This document shows positions 26,101-34,135 of a stretch of 64,000 bases of DNA, piece after piece. Location of the stretch: IMG/VR virus record IMGVR_UViG_3300036820_000015, positions 13,652-77,651 of that record; one strand, given 5' to 3'. Numbering within the stretch: the first letter of the stretch is position 1; every line of letters begins with the position of its first letter. The stretch is from a virus. The notes under the pieces are model-generated. The model saw only the letters and a program-made list of their open reading frames with translations. It searched no databases and was not told the origin of the DNA. The translations under genes and the position numbers were made by a program.

Positions 26101-26219
26101 GCGGCGGCCAGTTGGGTGACGGTACCGGCTGGCAGATCGAGGACGTCTACTACCACATGGTGACCAAGCGACTCCCGGGCGGCCCGACCGTCTACCCGGT
26201 GCCCAACGGGCTCCACTGA
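23106..26219 (+). CDS. Large fibre / receptor-binding-type protein
   Basis: 1037 aa, G/S/T/P-rich, multi-module. Confidence 0.7.
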   Translation: MPAGTDLVGKFNSGDAFTPGSTGGTFTVTPAFAIDDLLIFTIATFVNPTIAAPFTITDNGSANWQVLTPPVTNSGIRTLVQWYKFATAADLATGSLTTVTLTWGGSGGGNGWWIMDDFTNSSNVPLIDSNWVPNSTTMWTSTAQVSATGSIPTVPGNPHGSGQSPVGTGLSQQAYELIYIVWFNQKGAKGNPNFVSNSPSITTPTQFNTINGGNPSNLISAYATSDGTAPFSTLDNVFAQWTQLPSQPSPAIMVVSSFYDPGIADLSVAPQGSVTITHVAVASDVATLTSALSLPPQFAVGSTIVVAGLSHTALNGTWTITSLGPTGNTLTFSVTTGNVSTTTDSGTATGPPSNQVTGGAIYGAGQMTFSIGLAPAGRLLLPGTFIGPQGVGANGSTAYAYRLYRFAGNYPVQGQALPSGSPDSIGAVTTGDSFGSDGAYMLNVPVVDDYLVAVVYSGGSGTTIDWRLFSAGSVAGQGSPQITLDGITGDMGGPDGKSVDLTTANAGDTSDGNAASIHHKHKLADAYLLPGEIHIGMGDGAAARLQLPSTDGWVPTSLPTATPGTPPIVWAAPTWLFNILPKAVSATTVTGPGEIPFDGSGGGFPFNLPLAATAPPGYYAFHRVPTDLSGNFVGLIPYPGSGDTIDGALQWGSVNAGDELVIAPFATGPSTGYWMVVRQPETLGYLYADIKYMGPYGYPTNSGFILMLGSPGPYGASSGGPTGGEPYFVASVGSGSTWQAIIEVGDGSNTPYYQFTGRDVTQVIKPCAANGSGGGTMTGTSAVILAVGALGHPHNPTSAWSNLWSSPYPTDLGPNQALVGYNGNTVLGGTGQVGFPARESFIDDQYPASSVTINSGGQPETGTQKAYGDGRYAYHNMVTPPSGLFDTYMSVSWKYNNSGNPKTYFALAAAFPYYLDNTRSGLFTPEAFNIQDLVAIGSSETEAIPAQSIVASDYNRWETHRIGQTLGTALDGSAGPVLIPAGYPIRLYWRVLQAWPVGSGGQLGDGTGWQIEDVYYHMVTKRLPGGPTVYPVPNGLH

Positions 26220-26222
26220 CCC

Positions 26223-26257
26223 AGGTCCCCCACTCCCCCCTCTCCTCGGCCCACCAT
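26223..26257 (+). promoter_or_regulatory. Phage promoter motif AGGTCCCCCACT-N17-CACCAT
   Basis: Exact 12-mer upstream of the tail tube operon. Confidence 0.8.
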
Positions 26258-26335
26258 GGTGCCAACAAACCAAGCCCAGTAGCCATCGAGTGCTCGCGCG
26301 GCGTCAAGTGGCCCACCCAGTGCCCGAGGTGAACA

Positions 26336-26635
26336 GTGGAACATCGCGTAGCGGATCGAATCGTCAGCTTCCTCGACCTGTGGGGCAATCGCCGTACCGC
26401 CCAACCTAACCAGGTCATCTCGAATGTCCACCCCGAGGAGCTAGCCAAGCTCCAGGAGTCAGGCCAGGTCATCTCGACCCCTGACGAGGTGGACGAAGAG
26501 AATGCCCGAGAGGACGCTCGGATCGCAGCCAATGAAGCGACTGCCGGTAACGCTCCTCCGCCTCCGCCCCCGGCCTCACTCGGTGGCAAGTCCGACAGCG
26601 ATCCGTCCACTTCCTCCACCTCAGGAAAGGCCTAA
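26336..26635 (+). CDS. Hypothetical protein preceding the tail tube gene
   Basis: GAGGTG RBS, GTG start. Confidence 0.6.
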   Translation: MEHRVADRIVSFLDLWGNRRTAQPNQVISNVHPEELAKLQESGQVISTPDEVDEENAREDARIAANEATAGNAPPPPPPASLGGKSDSDPSTSSTSGKA

Positions 26636-26640
26636 CCCCG

Positions 26641-27588
26641 ATGGCTTTCGTACACGGCAAGCACTCAGTCTTCCTCCTCCGCGACTCGACCAACGTCTGG
26701 CGTGACATGACCCCGTTCCTGAACGAGGTCACCCTGCCGACCAAGGCCGGGACCGCTGAGACCACCGTCTTCGGCCGGGGCGCCAAGACCTACATCTCGG
26801 GCCTGCTCGAAGGCCAGATGACCATGAAGGGGTTCTACGACCCCAACACGGTGGCCGGTTCCGGCGACTCCTCCCCCTACCTCGGCTCGGACTACATCCT
26901 GGCCGGACTCCTCGGTCAGCAGCCCGCCATCGGCCTGACGGTGGTGGCCCAGGTGGCGGCCCAGTCGAACTACGGCCAGTTCATCCTCATTCCGGCCGGG
27001 TCCCTGACCGGTGCCACCTGTTCCTTCGGTGACATCGTGATGACCGACTACAACACCTCGGACCCGGTGACCGGCGTGGTGAGCTTCACCGCCTCGTTCC
27101 AGCTGTCCGGTGCGCCGGTCACGGCCGCATCACCCACGCCTCACCTGACCTTCGCTTCGGCCAACCAGACGGCCTACCAGGCGTCCCTCTACGGTCTGCA
27201 GATCCTGCGGGCCCCGGCGGCCAACATGTTCACCGCTGGCTGGCTGGTGGGTGGTACGGCCAACACCATCGCCACCATCCCTATCTCCTCGGGGGGAGCG
27301 GCCTCTGTCGTCACCACCACTACCGCTCACGGTCTTTCGGTCGGCCAGGTTGTCACCATCGTCATCACCACCGACTTCACCACCCCTGAAGTCCCGACCA
27401 TCGCCGGTACCTGGGTGGTGCTCTCCGTGCCCTCCAGCACCTCGCTGACACTGGGCGCCGTCACCAACACCGGCATCGTCCCCTACGTGGTCACCACAGG
27501 TGGCACCGGGGGTAGCCAGTCCATCGCCATCACGCCCAACGCTGGCGTCACGCCGAACTACGGGGCCCTGGTCGGCACCACGTCCTGA
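26641..27588 (+). CDS. Major tail (tube) protein with C-terminal accessory domain
   Basis: MAFVHGK...AETTVFG..AKTYISGL...FTASFQLSG; C-terminal TTAHGLSVGQVVTI module. Confidence 0.88.
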   Translation: MAFVHGKHSVFLLRDSTNVWRDMTPFLNEVTLPTKAGTAETTVFGRGAKTYISGLLEGQMTMKGFYDPNTVAGSGDSSPYLGSDYILAGLLGQQPAIGLTVVAQVAAQSNYGQFILIPAGSLTGATCSFGDIVMTDYNTSDPVTGVVSFTASFQLSGAPVTAASPTPHLTFASANQTAYQASLYGLQILRAPAANMFTAGWLVGGTANTIATIPISSGGAASVVTTTTAHGLSVGQVVTIVITTDFTTPEVPTIAGTWVVLSVPSSTSLTLGAVTNTGIVPYVVTTGGTGGSQSIAITPNAGVTPNYGALVGTTS

Positions 27589-27639
27589 CCCTAATCATCC
27601 TGGGCCCAGACCCCTGCCTAGACAGCATGGAAGGCGAGA

Positions 27640-27936
27640 GTGAGTGCCGACGTCGTATGGGTTGCCCTCGGAGTCGGGTTTACGGCGGTCGGCGCTGGGT
27701 CTGCTAGCTACCCCGTTGTCCGTAAAGGCTTCTCCCGCCGCCGCAACGCTCAGCGATGGGAGGACCGCCTTCGTGGATGGTACGACGATCAGGGAGTTTG
27801 GCACAAGGGTACCGTTGACCGGTTCGACGATCACGTTGCCGAGGAGTGTCCCCCTGCTCACGGGCGGCCTGCCCCGATCGTGCCGGACGTGTCGAGAGCG
27901 GGGGAGAGACTGCGCGAGGTGTCCCGTGACCATTGA
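27640..27936 (+). CDS. Membrane protein
   Basis: N-terminal hydrophobic helix, basic segment. Confidence 0.55.
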   Translation: MSADVVWVALGVGFTAVGAGSASYPVVRKGFSRRRNAQRWEDRLRGWYDDQGVWHKGTVDRFDDHVAEECPPAHGRPAPIVPDVSRAGERLREVSRDH

Positions 27937-28369
27937 CACAGAACGCACCATCAAAGAGGAGAAGTCCGATACGCGGAAGTCGGTGGTTTGGACTGTCGCT
28001 ATCGTGCTCGCCGTTGTGGCTATCAGCCTCCTTATTTTCAACTCCTTTGAGGCTAGATTGCAGACTGAGAACACGGCCAAGGTGGCTGCGAATACAGCCA
28101 AGGTAGCGAAGAGCACGGCCAAGGTAGCGAAGAGCACCTCGAAGACGGTGTCAGCTATTCGCTCAACACAAAAGGACACCCACACCTCAGTTTCTGATAT
28201 CCAGGCGCAGACGTTGATTATCACCAATGCCATCACGGCACTGAACCGGGCGTATGCCAACATTCAACAGGGAGCCGACGCGATCGTAGCCAATCAGGCT
28301 GCTATCTGTAACGCTCTAGCCCTGGATCACGTCATTCCCAAGTGCGTGCTGCCGTCACCGACGGTATGA
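27926..28369 (+). CDS. Membrane-anchored coiled-coil protein with 7-aa tandem repeats
   Basis: TM helix then TAKVAAN-TAKVAKS-TAKVAKS (21-nt tandem repeat). Confidence 0.65.
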   Translation: MTIDTERTIKEEKSDTRKSVVWTVAIVLAVVAISLLIFNSFEARLQTENTAKVAANTAKVAKSTAKVAKSTSKTVSAIRSTQKDTHTSVSDIQAQTLIITNAITALNRAYANIQQGADAIVANQAAICNALALDHVIPKCVLPSPTV

Positions 28370-28747
28370 GTGATGACCGCCTTCTGGCACTGGCTCCTTC
28401 AGGTCACCGGCAACATGACGGCCGGTACGCGTTGGAACCTGGCTTGGGCGGGCTTCCTCTCCGCTGGCGTCATCTCCACCGGCATCTTCACCGGCACCTT
28501 CCACAAGATGCGCCAGGCCAACTGTCACAACAAGGGCTGTTGGCGGATCGGCCACCACCTGACGCCTGAGGGTTACAAGCTCTGCAAGAAGTGCGTGGCC
28601 AGGCCCGTCGATGATCTGGAGCTTCATCCCATCCACCCTCACCACCGTTTGCATCACGTGGGCTCAGCTACTACGGTGCCCGAGTCCGCAACCGGACCCG
28701 AGTCCGCGATCGGACCTGAGTCCGCAACCACAGGAGACAGCCCTTAG
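28370..28747 (+). CDS. Membrane protein with Cys/His cluster and PESAxG repeats
   Basis: Hydrophobic helix; CHNKGCWRIGHH...LCKKC. Confidence 0.6.
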   Translation: MMTAFWHWLLQVTGNMTAGTRWNLAWAGFLSAGVISTGIFTGTFHKMRQANCHNKGCWRIGHHLTPEGYKLCKKCVARPVDDLELHPIHPHHRLHHVGSATTVPESATGPESAIGPESATTGDSP

Positions 28748-28849
28748 CTCACACCGCTCGTCGTGCCCTCGTACCGCACGGCTTGCACACCGAGACCACC
28801 GAAGAACGACGGCATCGAGACCTGGTGCCGCACGACCAAGGAGTCGAAG

Positions 28850-29317
28850 ATGCGAGCTTCCCGCGTCCTCTCTGTTTCGACCCTGGCACTCCTGGTGTCA
28901 GGGTTTTGTATTGTGGCCCCCCATGGCCCACTGTCGGCACAAGCACCTGGAAAACGTACCGTCCTATCCGCGAATAGCTTGCCAGGACTGTGGTCGCGAG
29001 TTGACCTTCTGGTGCTGGAAACGACCACCACGACTGTACCGAAACTCCCGCCGCCACCGTTGACGACAACTACGACATCAGCACAAGTTCCTGACGCGAC
29101 TATCTACCAAGAGTGGACGCGCGTAGCCAACTGTGAAGAGGGTGGCTGGGTAGGCTACTCCGGGCCCGCTTACCCTGACTCCCTCGGCATCTCAGCCGCC
29201 AACTGGTACGCCAACGGCGGTGGCTCCGACCTCTCTCCGGCGGCCCAGATCGCTGTAGCCCAGCGCATCGAGGGGTACTCATACGTCCCCGATCAGTATT
29301 CCTGCCACTCCTGGTAG
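28850..29317 (+). CDS. Secreted Rpf-like (resuscitation-promoting factor / lytic transglycosylase) protein
   Basis: AAGGAG RBS, signal peptide, Thr/Pro linker, WTRVANCEEGGW...LGIS...W...GG...SPAAQIAVAQRI. Confidence 0.82.
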   Translation: MRASRVLSVSTLALLVSGFCIVAPHGPLSAQAPGKRTVLSANSLPGLWSRVDLLVLETTTTTVPKLPPPPLTTTTTSAQVPDATIYQEWTRVANCEEGGWVGYSGPAYPDSLGISAANWYANGGGSDLSPAAQIAVAQRIEGYSYVPDQYSCHSW

Positions 29318-29351
29318 GTCCCCCACTAGCCCCGCGCGCGCGCGGGAGACT
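29316..29351 (+). promoter_or_regulatory. Phage promoter motif AGGTCCCCCACT-N18-GAGACT
   Basis: Exact 12-mer, (CG)n spacer, upstream of chaperone and tape measure genes. Confidence 0.78.
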
Positions 29352-29413
29352 GGCCTCTCGAAGTAGCCCGCCGAACGGCATCCGCCACGGCCCAGTGCTC
29401 AAGGGAGAAGCCA

Positions 29414-29860
29414 GTGTCCAGAATCACCGATCTTGCCTCGAAGGCCAATGACATCAAGACGGTCTTGGAGCCGATTCCAGAATGGACACCTCCCGGCGAT
29501 CCCCTCGTCCATATCGGTATCCGCAGCATGACGGGTACTCAGCGCTCTCAGTATGTTCAGGAACTCATCGAGCGCGACAACGAGGGTGGTGACCGCACCG
29601 AGACCGAGTACAAGATCATGGTGCTTTGCTGCTTCGACCCTGAAGACGGCCTTCCCTGTTTCACTGAGGCCGACATCCCAATGCTCAAGACCAAATCGGG
29701 TGCTGTCCTATCGCGCCTATCCATGCAAGCGGTCATCATCAACAACCTCGACAACAAGGCTGATGAGCGCTTGGGAAAAGACTCCTCGGTATTGGTGAAG
29801 CTACCGGTACCGGCGGCTTCACCCGGGGCCACCCAGAGCGGAGATTCTATTTCGAGCTAG
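29414..29860 (+). CDS. Tail assembly chaperone (gpG-like)
   Basis: Position before tape measure; IRSMTG..R...CCFDPEDG...FTEADI..L..KSG. Confidence 0.85.
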   Translation: MSRITDLASKANDIKTVLEPIPEWTPPGDPLVHIGIRSMTGTQRSQYVQELIERDNEGGDRTETEYKIMVLCCFDPEDGLPCFTEADIPMLKTKSGAVLSRLSMQAVIINNLDNKADERLGKDSSVLVKLPVPAASPGATQSGDSISS

Positions 29861-30027
29861 CCCGTGAACTAGGTGGCATGACGGTGGGGGAAATGCTTGA
29901 GCGCATGGACTCATCTGAGTTGTCGGAATGGATGGCTCTGTACCGGATAGAGACAGCCGAACGGAAGAGCCGTGAGCCCGGTGGCGGTTCCACCACCACC
30001 TTCGGATCAGGGAAGGGGACGCCATGA
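29414..30027 (+). CDS. Tail assembly chaperone gpGT-like fusion via -1 frameshift at GGGAAAA (29773-29779)
   Basis: The -1 frame reads RRFYFELARELGGMTVGEMLERMDSSELSEWMALY and stops at a TGA overlapping the tape measure ATG. Confidence 0.88.
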
Positions 30028-33000
30028 CGGTTGTAGCCGACGTACTGGCCCGCTTCCGCACTGAAGGTCTGACTGACGTGAGCAGTCAGGCCACTGCCAC
30101 CGCTGACAGCCTGGGCCGAATGGGTGATCCGGCCCAGGCTCTCCACGGGCATCTCTCCAACGCTGGCGATGCTGCTTCAGGGCTGAGTGGGAACCTGGGG
30201 GCGGCGGGTGGTGTCCTCGACAGCATCACCGAGAAAGCTCATAGTGCCGGTGGTGCTATCAAGGAGATCGCTGCTTCCTTTGCTGGAGCCGCTTCCTTCG
30301 GTGCCCTGCTCGATATGGCCACGCGGACTACGGCCGAACTCCAGACTCTAGGGGTCCAGTTCAACTCGACCTTTGGCGCTAACGGGGCCGAAATGCTGCA
30401 GAATGCTGTGACCTATGCCAATAACTTCGGGCAGTCCATTGCCTCGGCGGGGGCAGCCTTCTCGACATTCGGTCAAGCCACCCGGGGCGGCGTAGAAAAC
30501 ATCAGCAAGGACATGAAGGACTTTGCCGACATTGCTGCCGGGACCGGCTCCACTGTCGACCAAGTGTCGTCCTCTATCTCGAACTACTACCAGTTGGTGC
30601 AGAGGCTAGGCGGTTCTGGCGGTTCGGCTTCGCGTTTCGCCACCACTCTGCTGGAGCAACACATCATCGATCCGGCGACCTACAACGAGTTGCGCATCCA
30701 GGCCAATAAGGGAGCGACGCCGAACCAACTGCTGAACGACATCTTGGGTGATGCCGAAAAGGAGTATGGCGGGGCTGGGAAAGCGGAGGCCAATACCTTC
30801 AGTGGTCGACTGCAGACCTTCAAGAACATTTTCTCCGAGAGTGCTTCTGGGGCACTGTCGCCCATCACTGGCGGCATAGGCAACATCCTTGGTGACCTGA
30901 GCAAGGGGATGCAGACTTCGAGCTTCAAGACGGCTGAGACCGATGTCGCCTCATTCATCAGCACCATAGGTAGAGGCGCCGAGATCCTGTTGCCCTTCGT
31001 GAAGAGCATGGCTGACATCGGGCTGGCTCTCGGTGAAGTGGTGAGCAAGAGTTCGATACTACGTCCGGTGATTGAAGCTCTGGTCGCTGCCTTCATTGCT
31101 TTCGAGGCCATCAAGATCGGCAGCAGCTTGGCGATGTGGGTAAGTAGCCTCGCTCAAGGCACCACGTCCGGTATGGCCATGCGCCAATCCACCATCTCTC
31201 TCACCGATGCCATTCTGGCGCTGAACGAAGCTCTGGCCCAGAACGCCCAACTGATGAGTATTGATGCTGGGGTCAGTAGTGCCGCCGTGGAGGCCAACGT
31301 GGCCAAGACGGCGAGCGTCAGCACCCTAGCGGCCGGTGAGGTGGGGCTGGCTCCGGCGACAGCGCTCGGAGGGGAAGAGGGAGCGACGGTCGGCGGTAGC
31401 GCACTACTCAACGGGGATCTCCTCGGCGGAGGAGTGGCCGGGGGTCTTCTGGCTCGCGGTACCGGTAGCCTCCTGACGGCGTCACCTCTGGCCGTAGGGG
31501 CCGGAATAGGTATCGGAGGGATGCTTCTCTCCGACGTGGTCGGCGGTGCCGTTGGTGGCTCGTCCGGCTCGACCATCAAGACCGTCGGTTCGGATGTCTC
31601 GATAGGGGCTGGAGTCGGCGCCATCGCCGGTAACGCCATTCCCATTCCTGGAGTGGGCATGGCGGTTGGTGCCGCTGTGGGCGCTGCTCTCGGTGGTGTC
31701 GTCGGCCTCATCACCAACCATCTTCAGAATGCTTCCAACGCCGTCGCCTCTTTCGCTGATGCCGTGAATGCTGCCGCCAAAGTGCAACAAGACTCCGGTG
31801 GGTTCTCTACGGGCACAACCGCTACCGATGTGACGGGCAACGTGAAGGCGGCTCGCTCAGAAGTCAGTGCCTCTTCAAGTGCCGACTATCAATACGCGCG
31901 TTCACACGGATACGCATCTGACCCGAGTAACTTCGAGATAGCCAATCTTCCTGAATCCCTCAGAGGATCTCGCACCGCTGCCAACCGACGACTCAGCAGC
32001 TACGAAGACCAGCAGTACAACGCCAACGCCAATCTCGGTGTGATCCAAGCCGAAACCGGACTCTCCCGGGGCCAAGCCAGTAGCTTCGCTCAGAGTAACG
32101 ACATCAATATCACCCAGAATCTCAACGGCAACCTGCAGAACCTCACCGCTGCTATCCAAGCCTTTTCGGCCAAAGGTGGTCTCCAGCAGTTCAACGCCGA
32201 GCAGTACTCGAACATTCTCTCCACCACCGGCACGGTGGCTTCAGGAGCGGCCGGAGAGTCGAGCTTCAACCTGGACGCTGAACTCTCAAAGCTCACCGGG
32301 CTGAGTGGTCCGGCTGCCTACAGCCAGTTCTCCAAGCAAGCCTTTGCTTCAGGCATCAATCTCAGTGAGTACGGCATCAACCCTCAGTCAGCAGCCACCA
32401 ACCAGATGACCTCAGGGCAAGCCGAAGAACTCAACTCGCAAATCGAAGCGACCCAGCAGTTGCGTGATGCCTACAACGCCTTAGGGCAGGCTGAGTTCGC
32501 CGCTACCCAAGCCGCCTTCGGTCTAGCCCAAGCCGAGTTCTCTCTCGGCCAAGCTCAGTTCCAACAGGGGGAAGCTGCCTTCCAGGCCGGTCGCGCCACT
32601 CTCTCCATGAGTGTGGCCATGACGACCCAAAGGGATTCTCTCTCAGCCGTCAACACGGCCATCACCTCTGGCTACCTTCCGGCCAACTACAACGTGGCCG
32701 CCACCATGGAGCAGATCACTTCTCTCTCTGCCGGGCAAAGAGACGCCATCATGTCCGAGGTCTCGGCCTACAACGCCGTGGAAGCGGCTATGTATCAAGT
32801 CAACGCTGCCGGACAGTCTCTCTACTCGACCTACACGCAACTTTCGGGCAATGTCCAGGTCGCTCAGGCCAACATGCAGGGCTACCAGAACACACTGGGG
32901 CAGACGCTCCAAGGGGTGAAGGCTTTCCAGCAGGCCCAAGAATCCGAGTCGATGGCCAGTGCCGCCACCTCGATGGCTATGGCCCAACTCCAGTTGGCTG

Positions 33001-34127
33001 GCTACTCGACCTCGTCGCCCGAATACATCAACGCCCAACGCCAAGCGGCCATCGAGCAGGCCCAGTCCACTATCACCACTTCGCAGAACACCCTCGGGCT
33101 CGGTAACGAACAGTTTCAGATCAGCCAGGCCCAGATGCCGCCACCGCAGTCCTTCCAGGCCATGTTGGCGGCAGCCCAAGGTGTTGGTGCCCTGCAAGGC
33201 CCTCTCTACTCAGCCCAGCAGGCTCTGGCGGCCATCACCCCGGCTTACGATTCAGCCAACACTGCTCTGCAAATCCAGAGCCAGCGTAACCAGGCCCTCA
33301 CCTCAGCCCTGAATCAGCAGGCCTCAGCTGACCAAGGGGTCATCACTAACTTCGACAACATGCGGACGGCCAACAATGCACTACTCACCTCCACCAACGG
33401 TATTGCTGTAGCCGAGAACGGGATCGCCACCGCCCAGAACAGTGTGAAGACTTCGTCTCAAGGGATTGCCGATGCGGCCAACAACCTAACCACGGCGGCC
33501 AATAACTTTGAGGGGAACTTCTCCACCCAGGTGGTCAAGGCTTTCACGGCCATGACCACCAACATCAACACCATTGGCACCGATACCGCCAAACTCGGTA
33601 CCAAGTTGGTCCAGACCTTCGCTCTGCTGAACGCCGAGGCTGAGGCGAACGCCAAAGCAGCAGCGGCCCAAAAGCCCCAGTATCAGCAGTACTGGTCGTC
33701 GGTAGCGGCGGGGGAGAGTGCCCTTGTGGGATCGGCTGGCAGCCTCTCTCAATCTCAGTTGAACGCTGCCGTCGCTGTCGCCTTCGGCAACGCCCCCCAC
33801 TTTGCCGAAGGTGGTCTCGTTCCGGGTTCTGGCGCCATGGTTGCTGTCGTCCACGGTGGTGAAGGGGTCCTGACACCGACACAGATGGGCAGTCTGAAGA
33901 CAGCGCTCAGCAACATTGGAGTGACCATCACTCCAAGCATTGGGAGTAGTAGTAGTGCGATGTCTTCGGGCGGGGGTGGGGGAGTGACGGTGGCTGACGG
34001 CGCCGTCCAGGTCCGTATTGACGTCAACGGCTCCATGCTTGGTAGCGAAGGAGAACTCCAGCAGACAGTGGCCACGACCGTGAACGAGGCTTTTATTGAA
34101 CTCATTAATCAGATGAACGGGAAGTAG
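30024..34127 (+). CDS. Tape measure protein
   Basis: 1367 aa Ala/Gly/Gln-rich helical protein, C-terminal FAEGGLV...VVHGGEGVL. Confidence 0.93.
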   Translation: MTVVADVLARFRTEGLTDVSSQATATADSLGRMGDPAQALHGHLSNAGDAASGLSGNLGAAGGVLDSITEKAHSAGGAIKEIAASFAGAASFGALLDMATRTTAELQTLGVQFNSTFGANGAEMLQNAVTYANNFGQSIASAGAAFSTFGQATRGGVENISKDMKDFADIAAGTGSTVDQVSSSISNYYQLVQRLGGSGGSASRFATTLLEQHIIDPATYNELRIQANKGATPNQLLNDILGDAEKEYGGAGKAEANTFSGRLQTFKNIFSESASGALSPITGGIGNILGDLSKGMQTSSFKTAETDVASFISTIGRGAEILLPFVKSMADIGLALGEVVSKSSILRPVIEALVAAFIAFEAIKIGSSLAMWVSSLAQGTTSGMAMRQSTISLTDAILALNEALAQNAQLMSIDAGVSSAAVEANVAKTASVSTLAAGEVGLAPATALGGEEGATVGGSALLNGDLLGGGVAGGLLARGTGSLLTASPLAVGAGIGIGGMLLSDVVGGAVGGSSGSTIKTVGSDVSIGAGVGAIAGNAIPIPGVGMAVGAAVGAALGGVVGLITNHLQNASNAVASFADAVNAAAKVQQDSGGFSTGTTATDVTGNVKAARSEVSASSSADYQYARSHGYASDPSNFEIANLPESLRGSRTAANRRLSSYEDQQYNANANLGVIQAETGLSRGQASSFAQSNDINITQNLNGNLQNLTAAIQAFSAKGGLQQFNAEQYSNILSTTGTVASGAAGESSFNLDAELSKLTGLSGPAAYSQFSKQAFASGINLSEYGINPQSAATNQMTSGQAEELNSQIEATQQLRDAYNALGQAEFAATQAAFGLAQAEFSLGQAQFQQGEAAFQAGRATLSMSVAMTTQRDSLSAVNTAITSGYLPANYNVAATMEQITSLSAGQRDAIMSEVSAYNAVEAAMYQVNAAGQSLYSTYTQLSGNVQVAQANMQGYQNTLGQTLQGVKAFQQAQESESMASAATSMAMAQLQLAGYSTSSPEYINAQRQAAIEQAQSTITTSQNTLGLGNEQFQISQAQMPPPQSFQAMLAAAQGVGALQGPLYSAQQALAAITPAYDSANTALQIQSQRNQALTSALNQQASADQGVITNFDNMRTANNALLTSTNGIAVAENGIATAQNSVKTSSQGIADAANNLTTAANNFEGNFSTQVVKAFTAMTTNINTIGTDTAKLGTKLVQTFALLNAEAEANAKAAAAQKPQYQQYWSSVAAGESALVGSAGSLSQSQLNAAVAVAFGNAPHFAEGGLVPGSGAMVAVVHGGEGVLTPTQMGSLKTALSNIGVTITPSIGSSSSAMSSGGGGGVTVADGAVQVRIDVNGSMLGSEGELQQTVATTVNEAFIELINQMNGK

Positions 34128-34135
34128 AGAGCGCG

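Noticed and set aside
28747-28850. c-di-AMP riboswitch upstream of the Rpf-like gene
   Set aside because: Conserved ydaO-type motifs not seen.
4714-29327. AGGTCCCCCACT copies as CRISPR repeats or att sites
   Set aside because: Dispersed, only 12 bp, with fixed spacing to -10 hexamers; no array and no integrase in the window.
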